This document shows positions 17,560 to 28,400 of a stretch of DNA of 32,000 bases, one piece after another (the stretch's first letter is position 1; every line of letters begins with the position of its first letter). This DNA is from Candidatus Kuenenia stuttgartensis (GTDB taxonomy: Bacteria > Planctomycetota > Brocadiia > Brocadiales > Brocadiaceae): contig NZ_LT934425.1 of the NCBI RefSeq assembly GCF_900232105.1, positions 2,940,001 to 2,972,000 on the forward strand, read 5' to 3'. The notes under the pieces were generated by a model. The model was not told the origin of the DNA, did no database searches, and saw nothing but the letters and a program-made list of their open reading frames with translations. Position numbers and translations under genes: made by a program.

Positions 17560-20500
17560 ATGTTCAGTAACATTCTTCACAGGCCCATATTTGCAATTGT
17601 CATATCGCTCGTCATTGTTTTCATGGGTGGATTGTCCATAACACAGCTACCTATATCACAGTTTCCTGAAATTGCTCCCACAACGGTAAATATTTTTATT
17701 GCCTATCCTGGCTCCAATGCCGATGTGTTGGTTAAATCCACCCTTATTCCATTGGAAACGGCTATCAATGGTGTTCAGGGAATGAGGTACATAGCATCTG
17801 ACGCTACCAGTGCAGGAGAAGCTACCATCCGGATAATATTTGAACCCGGTACTGATCCTAATCAAGCGGTTATAAGGGTGAAAACAAGGGTGGATCAGGT
17901 GATGCCCCTTCTTCCTCCGCTGGTTCAGCGGGAAGGAGTTATCATCACACCTATACAACCCAGTATGTTGATGTATGTGAACTTATACAGTGAAGATGAA
18001 AATACCGATGAAAAGCTCCTTTACAATTACGCCTATACCAAAATGATACCGGAAATACAACGAATTAACGGTATAGCGATGGCGCAAATACTGGGGAGCC
18101 GGAAATACGCCATGCGCATCTGGTTGAAACCTGATCGGATGCGTGCATATAACATCTCGGCAGAAGAAGTGATGAAGTCAATGTCGGAGCAAAGCATCAT
18201 AGCCAGGCCGGGAAGATTAGGGCAAAGTTCAGGAATACATGCACAATCGATGGAATATGTGCTGACATATCAGGGAAGGTATAACAAGCCGGAACAATAT
18301 GGGAATATCATCATTCGGGCCAATGAAAAAGGCGAAATACTCTACCTTAAAGATATAGCCAATGTAGAGCTCGGAAGCGAATTTTTTGACATCTATTCCA
18401 ACATTGACGGTCATCCGGCGGCATCCATTGTTTTAAAACAAACAGTCGGCAGTAATGCCAAAGAGGTCATTAAGCAGGTAAAGGCCAAACTGAAAGAATT
18501 AAAAGCGGAATTCCCACCTAAAATGGATTATAAGATCAGTTATGATGTATCGCAATTTTTGAGTGCCTCTATTGAACAAGTGATGCATACGTTACGAGAC
18601 GCATTTATATTGGTAGCTTTAGTCGTATTTATCTTTCTTGGCGATTGGCGCTCCACGTTAATTCCAACACTGGCCGTTCCTGTATCCCTGATCGGCGCCT
18701 TCTTTTTTATGCAGTTTATCGGACTTTCCATCAACCTGGTCACCTTATTTGCCCTTGTGCTGGCCATTGGTATTGTCGTTGACGATGCCATTGTGGTGGT
18801 AGAAGCCGTACATGCCAAAATGGAAAAGGAAAACCTGTCGCCATACAATGCCACCCAACAAGTGATGCGTGAGATCAGTGGCGCCATTATTGCAATTACG
18901 CTGGTAATGACAGCAGTATTTATCCCTGTCTCATTCTTGTCGGGCCCGGTAGGTGTATTCTACCGGCAGTTTTCCATTACGATGGCCGCTTCCATTGTTA
19001 TTTCGGGTATTGTTGCACTTACGCTTACACCGGTGCTGTGTGCCATTATATTGAAGAATACGCACGGTAAACCGAGAAAAAGATCACCGATTAAGTGGTT
19101 GCTAGGCTATTTTAACAAGGGGTTCGGAAAGCTGACAGGAAGATATGTAGGATTGCTGAAATTAATAGCAAACAGAAGATTGGTCACTTTCGGGATATTG
19201 CTGGTATTTGGTGTCGGGATATTCTTGGAAAGCACAGTTGTTCCAACAGGATTTGTTCCCGGTGAAGACCAGGGTACAATCTATGCCATTATACAAACCC
19301 CTCCAGGCTCCACTCTGGAATTAACCTATCAGGTAGCCCAAGAACTGCAAAAAGTTTGCAAAGAAATTGATGCAGTTGAATCGGTTGTTTCATTGGCCGG
19401 TTATGAGATCATGACAGAAGGACGAGGCTCTAATGCGGGGACATGCCTGATCAGCCTGAAAGACTGGTCGGAGCGTAAACAATCGGTTCGTGAGACCATA
19501 GAGGAAATGGAAGAAAAAACGAAGGATCTTGGAGCCATCATAGAGTTTTTTGAACCACCTCCTGTGCCGGGATTTGGTTCTTCCGGCGGTTTTTCTCTGC
19601 GCCTGCTCGATAAAACCAATTCTACAGATTACCATGAATTTGAAAAAATAAATAGTGAATTTATGGACGCCATGCGCGAGCGAAAAGAGCTGTCCGGCTT
19701 ATTTACTTTTTATGCGGCCAATTATCCTCAATATGAGTTGGAGATAGACAACAAAGCTGCTATGCAGAAAGGGGTGTCTATCGAAAGAGCAATAGAAAAC
19801 CTCAACATTCTGATAGGGAGTACTTATGAGCAAGGGTTTATTCGATTTGGCCGTTTTTTCAAAGTTTACACACAGTCGGTTCCGGAAAGCCGAAGGTTCC
19901 CATCGGATATTGAGAAACTGTATGTAAAAAATAAATATGATGAGATGGTGCCTTATTCATCATTTATGAAGATGAAAAAAACACAGGGCCCCAATGAAAT
20001 TACCCGTTACAACTTATACAATTCGGCTGCCATCAGGGGGTTTCCCGCACGGGGGCACACTACTGGCGAGGCCATACAAGCGATACGGGAGGTAGCTGAG
20101 GAAGTTTTGCCCATAGGGTATGACATCGCCTGGGAAGGCCTTTCGTTTGATGAAGCCGCACGGGGAAATGAAGCGATTTATATCTTTGCTATCGTGCTCA
20201 TTTTTGTCTATTTGGTGCTTGCCGCACAGTACGAGAGCTTCGTCTTGCCTTTAGCGGTAATCTTTTCCCTGCCGATCGGAATATTTGGTTCGTTTTTACT
20301 GCTCAAACTCACGGGATTGGCCAACGACGTTTATGCCCAGGTAGGGATGATCATGTTGATCGGCTTGCTGACAAAGAATGCTGTGCTGATCGTGGAATTT
20401 GCCGTTCAGAACCATCATCAGGGAGCGACCATAATCGATGCGGCTATAGAAGGTGCCAGGATGCGTTTTCGACCGATCCTGATGACTTCCTTTGCCTTTT

Positions 20501-20796
20501 GTGCGGGATTGATACCCCTGGTTACTGCCACCGGTCCTGGCGCCATTGGTAATCGTACCATAGGCTCATCTTCTCTTGGGGGTATGCTTATTGGAACCGT
20601 TTTCGGGGTAATCGTTATTCCCGGATTGTATTACATATTCGGTAAACTCATAGAAGGCCGTCAACTCATAAAAGATGAATATTTAGAACCCCTGAGCGAA
20701 GAATATGTGCATTCAAGAGACAAATATCTCAGCGTTTGTACTGGTTTTCCCACAGGCCTGAACGAAGAAGAAAATGAACATACAAAAGAAAGTTAG
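17560..20796 (+). CDS. RND efflux permease (AcrB/HAE1-type inner-membrane transporter).
   Basis: 1078 aa. The start is MFSNILHRPIFAIVISLVIVFMGGLSITQLPISQFPEIAPTTV. Motifs include DDAIVVVE and two 6-TM bundles with large periplasmic loops. Confidence 0.95.
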   Translation: MFSNILHRPIFAIVISLVIVFMGGLSITQLPISQFPEIAPTTVNIFIAYPGSNADVLVKSTLIPLETAINGVQGMRYIASDATSAGEATIRIIFEPGTDPNQAVIRVKTRVDQVMPLLPPLVQREGVIITPIQPSMLMYVNLYSEDENTDEKLLYNYAYTKMIPEIQRINGIAMAQILGSRKYAMRIWLKPDRMRAYNISAEEVMKSMSEQSIIARPGRLGQSSGIHAQSMEYVLTYQGRYNKPEQYGNIIIRANEKGEILYLKDIANVELGSEFFDIYSNIDGHPAASIVLKQTVGSNAKEVIKQVKAKLKELKAEFPPKMDYKISYDVSQFLSASIEQVMHTLRDAFILVALVVFIFLGDWRSTLIPTLAVPVSLIGAFFFMQFIGLSINLVTLFALVLAIGIVVDDAIVVVEAVHAKMEKENLSPYNATQQVMREISGAIIAITLVMTAVFIPVSFLSGPVGVFYRQFSITMAASIVISGIVALTLTPVLCAIILKNTHGKPRKRSPIKWLLGYFNKGFGKLTGRYVGLLKLIANRRLVTFGILLVFGVGIFLESTVVPTGFVPGEDQGTIYAIIQTPPGSTLELTYQVAQELQKVCKEIDAVESVVSLAGYEIMTEGRGSNAGTCLISLKDWSERKQSVRETIEEMEEKTKDLGAIIEFFEPPPVPGFGSSGGFSLRLLDKTNSTDYHEFEKINSEFMDAMRERKELSGLFTFYAANYPQYELEIDNKAAMQKGVSIERAIENLNILIGSTYEQGFIRFGRFFKVYTQSVPESRRFPSDIEKLYVKNKYDEMVPYSSFMKMKKTQGPNEITRYNLYNSAAIRGFPARGHTTGEAIQAIREVAEEVLPIGYDIAWEGLSFDEAARGNEAIYIFAIVLIFVYLVLAAQYESFVLPLAVIFSLPIGIFGSFLLLKLTGLANDVYAQVGMIMLIGLLTKNAVLIVEFAVQNHHQGATIIDAAIEGARMRFRPILMTSFAFCAGLIPLVTATGPGAIGNRTIGSSSLGGMLIGTVFGVIVIPGLYYIFGKLIEGRQLIKDEYLEPLSEEYVHSRDKYLSVCTGFPTGLNEEENEHTKES

Positions 20797-20890
20797 AACA
20801 TGATCTCAAAAAACCTGCGGAAGGCTTCTAACAAGCTAATTAAAAAATTGTTAAGGTCGAAATAAAGAGTAATCAAAGAAATTAAAGACA

Positions 20891-22330
20891 ATGAAAAGAA
20901 ACAGCATATTGAGCTATATAGGGATAATCTGTATTTCGCTGGTATTCAAAGGCTGTGCGCCTATGTTGTCACAAAAAACAGAAAATAGCAGCGTTCCTGA
21001 AAGTTATAATAATGTACAGGATACAGTCAATACGGCAGAGGTTAGTTGGATGAAATTTTTCACCGATACCAGTCTTATAGCCCTGATTGATACCGCACTG
21101 CAAAACAACCAGGAACTGAATATCACTTTGCAGGAAATTATCATTGCCGAAAATGAAGTACAAGCCAGAAAAGGGGAATATCTGCCTTTTGTAAATCTTA
21201 AGATGGGAGCCGGGGCTGAAAAGGTGGGCGAGTTTACCAGAAATGGGGCTGTTGAAGAAAACCTTGATATTAAATCCGGTAAGGAGTTCCCTGAACCACT
21301 GCCGGATTATTTGATATCTGCCAATGTTTCATGGGAAGTGGATATATGGAAAAAGTTGCGGAATGCCAAAAAAGCAGCAGCATTGAGGTATCTGTCCACA
21401 ATTGAAGGGAAAAATTTCATAGTAACTAAGCTGATTGCCGAAATATCCAGTTCTTATTACGAACTGATGGCGCTCGATAACATGCTTGAAGTAGTAAAAA
21501 AGTACATTGAAATCCAAAAAAATGCCCTGAAAACCGTAAAGCTACAGAAAGAAGCAGCTAAAGCCACCGAACTGGCAGTGCGTAAGTTTGAAGCAGAGGT
21601 GCTCAAAAACCAAAGTTATCAGTACAATATTGAACAAAAGATCACGGAAACGGAGAACAGGATCAATTTCCTGGTGGGTAGATTCCCACAGCCTGTTCAG
21701 CGAAATTCTCAGGGATATAATGATTTGGTGCCAGACACGATCCATGCCGGTCTCCCATCACAATTATTGACCAACCGTCCTGACATTAAACAAGCAGAAC
21801 TGGAGCTGGCAGCAGCAAAGCTGGATGTGAAAGTGGCGAGAGCACGGTTTTACCCTTCTTTAGACATTGTTGCAGGTGTAGGTTACCAGGCATTTGATCT
21901 GAAGTATTTAATAAGAACGCCAGAATCCATACTGTATAACCTGGCCGGAGAGTTGGCGGTACCCCTGATCAACAGAAACGCAATAAAGGCGACTTACAAC
22001 AATGCAAACGCAAAGCAAATACAGGCTGTTTACAATTACGAACGTACCGTTCTGAACGCTTACATTGAGGTTGTCAATAAACTGTCAAAGATCAGTAACC
22101 TGGGAAAAAATTATGACCTGAAGGCAAAGCAGGTGCAGGCGCTTACCCAGTCGATTACTATTGCAGATAACCTGTTCAAATCAGCCAGGGCCGATTATCT
22201 GGAAGTGTTAATGACCCAACGTGATGCGTTGGAAGCGAAAATGGAACTGATTGAAACGAAAGTACAGCAAATGAACGCAATGGTTAATATTTACCAGGCA
22301 TTGGGTGGGGGATGGAAGTCGATTATGTGA
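20891..22330 (+). CDS. Outer-membrane efflux factor (TolC/NodT family lipoprotein).
   Basis: 479 aa. The lipobox is LVFKGC. It has two tandem OEP repeats and ends ...NIYQALGGGW, as is typical of NodT-type OMFs. It is the third gene of the efflux operon. Confidence 0.9.
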   Translation: MKRNSILSYIGIICISLVFKGCAPMLSQKTENSSVPESYNNVQDTVNTAEVSWMKFFTDTSLIALIDTALQNNQELNITLQEIIIAENEVQARKGEYLPFVNLKMGAGAEKVGEFTRNGAVEENLDIKSGKEFPEPLPDYLISANVSWEVDIWKKLRNAKKAAALRYLSTIEGKNFIVTKLIAEISSSYYELMALDNMLEVVKKYIEIQKNALKTVKLQKEAAKATELAVRKFEAEVLKNQSYQYNIEQKITETENRINFLVGRFPQPVQRNSQGYNDLVPDTIHAGLPSQLLTNRPDIKQAELELAAAKLDVKVARARFYPSLDIVAGVGYQAFDLKYLIRTPESILYNLAGELAVPLINRNAIKATYNNANAKQIQAVYNYERTVLNAYIEVVNKLSKISNLGKNYDLKAKQVQALTQSITIADNLFKSARADYLEVLMTQRDALEAKMELIETKVQQMNAMVNIYQALGGGWKSIM

Positions 22331-22373
22331 TATACTAGTACATCGTTTCGTTAAAATGTGTACGTAAAAAAAT

Positions 22374-22453
22374 GTCATCGCGAGGGGTGGAGCGACGAAG
22401 CAATCTCTTGTTCCCAAAAAACTTAAGATTGCTTCGCTGTCGCTTGCAATGAC
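22374..22453. repeat. Long imperfect palindromic (REP-like) element between the efflux operon and the CRISPR trailer, a possible terminator.
   Basis: The outer arms are gtcatcgcgag and cttgcaatgac. The inner arms are gcgacgaagcaatct (22392-22406) and agattgcttcgctgtcgc (22426-22443). It belongs to the widespread gtcattgcgag...cgacgaagcaatc palindrome type (recall). Confidence 0.5.
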
Positions 22454-22474
22454 GGTATCAATGTAGATATTTTA

Positions 22475-25400
22475 ATGAAATGCCATACTAGGTAGAATGA
22501 AAACGAGGGCGGATAGCGGCTGGGTTTTTCCAGTTTCAAATTCTCATAGGTAGAATGAAAGTAACTATTCAGCGTAAACGATACACGGCTCGTTCCCAAA
22601 CTCCAGTTTGGGAACGCAATTGTTCGAGAAACTCCGGTTTCTCGCCTGTTTGCTGATAGATAGGGAATAAAATCACAGGGTTAAGACAGTTTGTAATTTG
22701 TAAAGTCAGACCCTCACCGGAAACAAAGTTTCCCGTGCAATTACGTTCTGATCTCCGGTAGTTTAATAAATTACGCTGAATAGTTACGAATGAAAACTCG
22801 CGGCGGGTAAGGTACAGCCACTCAAATAGTTGGTTTCAATTCCTCATAGGTAGAATGAAAACTCATTATAATAGTGCAACTTGTAATTCTCCCGTACCCG
22901 TTTCAATTCCTCATAGGTAGAATGAAAACACAAACGTGCAGATTAATAATACAGTTAGTGAAGGCCTGTTTCAATTCCTCATAGGTAGAATGAAAACAAG
23001 TTGCCGGAAAGTTGTATCAATCGGGAAAGTTTGTTTCAATTCCTCATAGGTAGAATGAAAACCGCGATCTTTGTGTTGCAGAAGACGAACAAGTTATTGG
23101 TTTCAATTCCTCATAGGTAGAATGAAAACATCCTGTCGCTTTTGGAAAGTGGATTTCGCCATCTTGTTTCAATTCCTCATAGGTAGAATGAAAACGCAGC
23201 TCGAATGGGCAAGGCATGTCGCGGCGCACGCGTTTCAATTCCTCATAGGTAGAATGAAAACGCTGGAGAGGCCACATTATAAAGGAGATATGGGAAAGTT
23301 TCAATTCCTCATAGGTAGAATGAAAACACTTCCATGACGAGACGGTGCTCTGGTACGTACCCGGTTTCAATTCCTCATAGGTAGAATGAAAACCAGGCGG
23401 CATCGATCCAATGTGCTTTGGGATAATCCGTTTCAATTCCTCATAGGTAGAATGAAAACAAAACTGTCAACATAAATTAACGAATGGTTTTTGCACGTTT
23501 CAATTCCTCATAGGTAGAATGAAAACTCGTCTTTCTCTCGTATTTCCCTGTATTCGTCTATCTGTTTCAATTCCTCATAGGTAGAATGAAAACTCTCGTT
23601 TAGAGTTAATGTATGGACTAGGACAAAGTTAGTTTCAATTCCTCATAGGTAGAATGAAAACGTCTGTCCGTATCCATTGCTGTCCTTTTTGCGGCTGTTT
23701 CAATCCCTCATAGGTAGAATGAAAACATTCACATAGAGAGACACTTAATATCCCTGCAATGTAGTTTCAATTCCTCATAGGTAGAATGAAAACATGAATT
23801 AAGCATTATGATTAAAATGAATTCTCAGAAGTTTCAATTCCTCATAGGTAGAATGAAAACCAAAAATCAAATGCTTCTGCATTTCCTTTTGAAAAAGTTT
23901 CAATTCCTCATAGGTAGAATGAAAACCATGCATATTTGGTAAATTCCCTAATGCAACATTTAAGTTTCAATTCCTCATAGGTAGAATGAAAACAAGGATT
24001 TTTTTGACGTCTCGAAAACTGGAAGTGTCGTTTCAATTCCTCATAGGTAGAATGAAAACCTGAATGCCAGGCGCAAAAGGAATTTGAAAAGGCGCGTTTC
24101 AATTCCTCATAGGTAGAATGAAAACCAAACTGTAGAGATGTTGGGAAACTGGACATTGCATTGTTTCAATTCCTCATAGGTAGAATGAAAACCAACCGCT
24201 GTAAAACAAATTTTTACGAGAAACATGGGTTTCAATTCCTCATAGGTAGAATGAAAACACTCAAGGGAACATTACATCAAGGACTTTATTGTCTTTGTTT
24301 CAATTCCTCATAGGTAGAATGAAAACGCGATAAATATTTTGTTTGTTCAAGTTGTAGAGATGTGTTTCAATTCCTCATAGGTAGAATGAAAACATTAAAA
24401 TCATAGCGAATAATAAAACTACTTACACTGGTTTCAATTCCTCATAGGTAGAATGAAAACGAAAAATGGCTAGTTCAGAAAAGAAAAATCGAACTCTGTT
24501 TCAATTCCTCATAGGTAGAATGAAAACGTCGTGCCGGGGGTGGAAAATTATTCACACGCGCAAGGTGGTTTCAATTCCTCATAGGTAGAATGAAAACGAT
24601 GCAGGATTCAAGGCAAAAATAGATGCCCTTCGGTTTCAATTCCTCATAGGTAGAATGAAAACTCGATTGCGTTCCCCGGCGTTGTCTCTAAGAATCCAGT
24701 TTCAATTCCTCATAGGTAGAATGAAAACAAACAAATACTCGCTAACATCCTCCCCCCGAACGAAGTTTCAATTCCTCATAGGTAGAATGAAAACTTGTGC
24801 CGCCAGTAAAATAATCAACCAGCCATTGCGTTTCAATTCCTCATAGGTAGAATGAAAACGGATTGGGTTTGGCGGGGCACTGGCTTTTGAACAAATGTTT
24901 CAATTCCTCATAGGTAGAATGAAAACATAAACTCCATTCTTTTCAAGTTTGCAGTCCATTGTCTGTTTCAATTCCTCATAGGTAGAATGAAAACCCCAGT
25001 TCAAATCCCAGGACGCAGGGATTTAACTTCGTTTCAATTCCTCATAGGTAGAATGAAAACTGTATTCCATGTATAGGCGTTTTCAATGCAATCTTCCAAG
25101 TTTCAATTCCTCATAGGTAGAATGAAAACGAAACTGCTGGGGACTATACCACTTTTGCGCCTTATCGGTTTCAATTCCTCATAGGTAGAATGAAAACCCG
25201 ATGCTTGTTTTTCCTCTCCGCTCATTTCCCCCGGTTTCAATTCCTCATAGGTAGAATGAAAACTTATTAATTGAAGAAATTTTTAGCGCGTCTGTGAGGG
25301 TTTCAATTCCTCATAGGTAGAATGAAAACTGAGACAACAACGATTGGATAGGTGGTATGATAGGCGTTTCAATTCCTCATAGGTAGAATGAAAACCAGAC

Positions 25401-28400
25401 AAATCCTGAATCTCTTTACCAATATTTTCCCGAGTTTCAATTCCTCATAGGTAGAATGAAAACGTAAAGAGGCATTAGCAACAGGCAGGGTACTGACCCG
25501 TTTCAATTCCTCATAGGTAGAATGAAAACATAAATCACATAACATTAATATATCATTATCAATATAGTTTCAATTCCTCATAGGTAGAATGAAAACCCGC
25601 CTCTGTTCAGCTTTTCGTTCTGTTTCTGTCTTGTTTCAATTCCTCATAGGTAGAATGAAAACGGCTATGCAGTACCAATACGTTGCGAGGTGGACTAGTT
25701 TCAATTCCTCATAGGTAGAATGAAAACGCGCTATAGAATCAAGTACCATGCTTGCCATATTCGTTTCAATTCCTCATAGGTAGAATGAAAACGCTTTTCC
25801 ACCGTCTTGAAAAAAGAGGAAAAGATAAGTTTCAATTCCTCATAGGTAGAATGAAAACTTTTAGAAGTGTCTAATAGATTTTGGGGGATAGAGGAAGTTT
25901 CAATTCCTCATAGGTAGAATGAAAACCAACTGCGGCGTTAACCCTTGCATTAGTATAATATGTTTCAATTCCTCATAGGTAGAATGAAAACCCTGCAATC
26001 ATCCTTTAAACCTTTATGCTTCAAACAGTTTCAATTCCTCATAGGTAGAATGAAAACTTGCATATCTACCTATGTAATTTTGTGCAAGGATTATGTTTCA
26101 ATTCCTCATAGGTAGAATGAAAACTTAAATTTAGAATGGGATTTCGTCAAATTTTGGTTCTGTTTCAATTCCTCATAGGTAGAATGAAAACGATTACTAT
26201 TATCAATTATATTTCGGACATAATACTTGTTTCAATTCCTCATAGGTAGAATGAAAACTAAAGTTTGTCCGAATTGCCTAATTCGCAAAGGGAATTGTTT
26301 CAATTCCTCATAGGTAGAATGAAAACAAAAACAAACATTGTTTCGGGCCACGGCAATAATTTAGTTTCAATTCCTCATAGGTAGAATGAAAACGGCAGTT
26401 CTACATTATATGTCTTTTTCTTTAACACTGTTTCAATTCCTCATAGGTAGAATGAAAACCTATATCTTTTCCTCCAACATAATATATTATGTTTTTGTTT
26501 CAATTCCTCATAGGTAGAATGAAAACGCACTACAAACACAACATTATCGCTGAGGGGGAAGAAGTTTCAATTCCTCATAGGTAGAATGAAAACGTTTTTG
26601 TTGTCTCAATATTCATTTCGGCTCCTTTTCGTTTCAATTCCTCATAGGTAGAATGAAAACATATAAAATTGTAACCGCAACACAAATGTACATCGTTAGT
26701 TTCAATTCCTCATAGGTAGAATGAAAACTTGTACCCGGATTGCTGAATTGCACAAAGCTGGGTTTCAATTCCTCATAGGTAGAATGAAAACGGTACTAAG
26801 GTACTAAGGTACTAAGGATAATACCAGGTTTCAATTCCTCATAGGTAGAATGAAAACTTGGAATTATGCAGAACTCTTTGATAAATTGGAAATAAAGTTT
26901 CAATTCCTCATAGGTAGAATGAAAACATAATTACAAACAGTAACATTATCGCCCAAACGATGTTTCAATTCCTCATAGGTAGAATGAAAACGGAAACGCT
27001 TGATACAGCTTTTCCAGCACATCTAGAGTTTCAATTCCTCATAGGTAGAATGAAAACCTGCTGCAAAGATTGCCAAAAGAAAAGCATTGCGGGTTTCAAT
27101 TCCTCATAGGTAGAATGAAAACCTGGCGTAGGTATTACGCTTACAGCCGCAAGACTGGGTTTCAATTCCTCATAGGTAGAATGAAAACGGGCATTGCACG
27201 CACAAGAATGGTTTTTAGGAAAAAGTTTCAATTCCTCATAGGTAGAATGAAAACGCTCAATTCCGCGAAAAGGCATTAGCAACGCTTGCGGGTTTCAATT
27301 CCTCATAGGTAGAATGAAAACTACCGGCATTTCAAAAAGAAGTAGAAGATTACTTCAAGTTTCAATTCCTCATAGGTAGAATGAAAACTGTGGCAAAAGA
27401 ATCCAGTATAATAGATTTCGGGTTGTGTTTCAATTCCTCATAGGTAGAATGAAAACCTTCAAATTCTCACGCCGTGGTTGATATGGAATTTTATGAGTTT
27501 CAATTCCTCATAGGTAGAATGAAAACAAATCCGAATGGAGCTGCAAGACCGGATTTCTTCCCTGTTTCAATTCCTCATAGGTAGAATGAAAACTAGATAT
27601 TGGAATTAAAACTATTAGTGGAATTAATTAGTTTCAATTCCTCATAGGTAGAATGAAAACTCAAGGGAACATTACATCAGGGACTTTATTGTCTTTGTTT
27701 CAATTCCTCATAGGTAGAATGAAAACTCTTTTTGGACACCCAAATAACCACATTAAACATATGTTTCAATTCCTCATAGGTAGAATGAAAACAATTCTTA
27801 AAAAAGATTTTCCTAAAGAAAGATTAAAGTTTCAATTCCTCATAGGTAGAATGAAAACGAATGGTTTTTCCACCTAACTTTGTTGTAGGCATTGTTTCAA
27901 TTCCTCATAGGTAGAATGAAAACTTTATTGCACTTGAATGGCAATGACCAATTATTATGTGTTTCAATTCCTCATAGGTAGAATGAAAACCCCCGATAGT
28001 AAACAACCATTCTTTGGACTTAGGGGTTTCAATTCCTCATAGGTAGAATGAAAACGCAAATTAAATAAACTTTTTGCTTCGATCTTGCACTCGTTTCAAT
28101 TCCTCATAGGTAGAATGAAAACTGGTATCCCTATCGCAGATGGAAGCGGCAAAATCGAGTTTCAATTCCTCATAGGTAGAATGAAAACGGCAGTACAAAT
28201 AAATATTATACAGACGCAAGGGTTAAGTTTCAATTCCTCATAGGTAGAATGAAAACGATAAATATCCCGTAGTACCGCTACCAGTCACGCTTTGGTTTCA
28301 ATTCCTCATAGGTAGAATGAAAACATTGAAATCGTACCGTATTTTAAGCGTGCTTGTGGTGGTTTCAATTCCTCATAGGTAGAATGAAAACTTGGTTCTG

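Noticed and set aside
23044-27877. Track ORFs inside the array (for example 23044-23436, 23071-23337, 23908-24156, 24655-24846, 27031-27282, 27653-27877) with the recurring peptides HSTYEELK and FQFLIGRMKT.
   Set aside because: The recurring peptides are simply the CRISPR repeat translated in two frames. The periodicity equals the repeat-spacer unit, so these are not genes.
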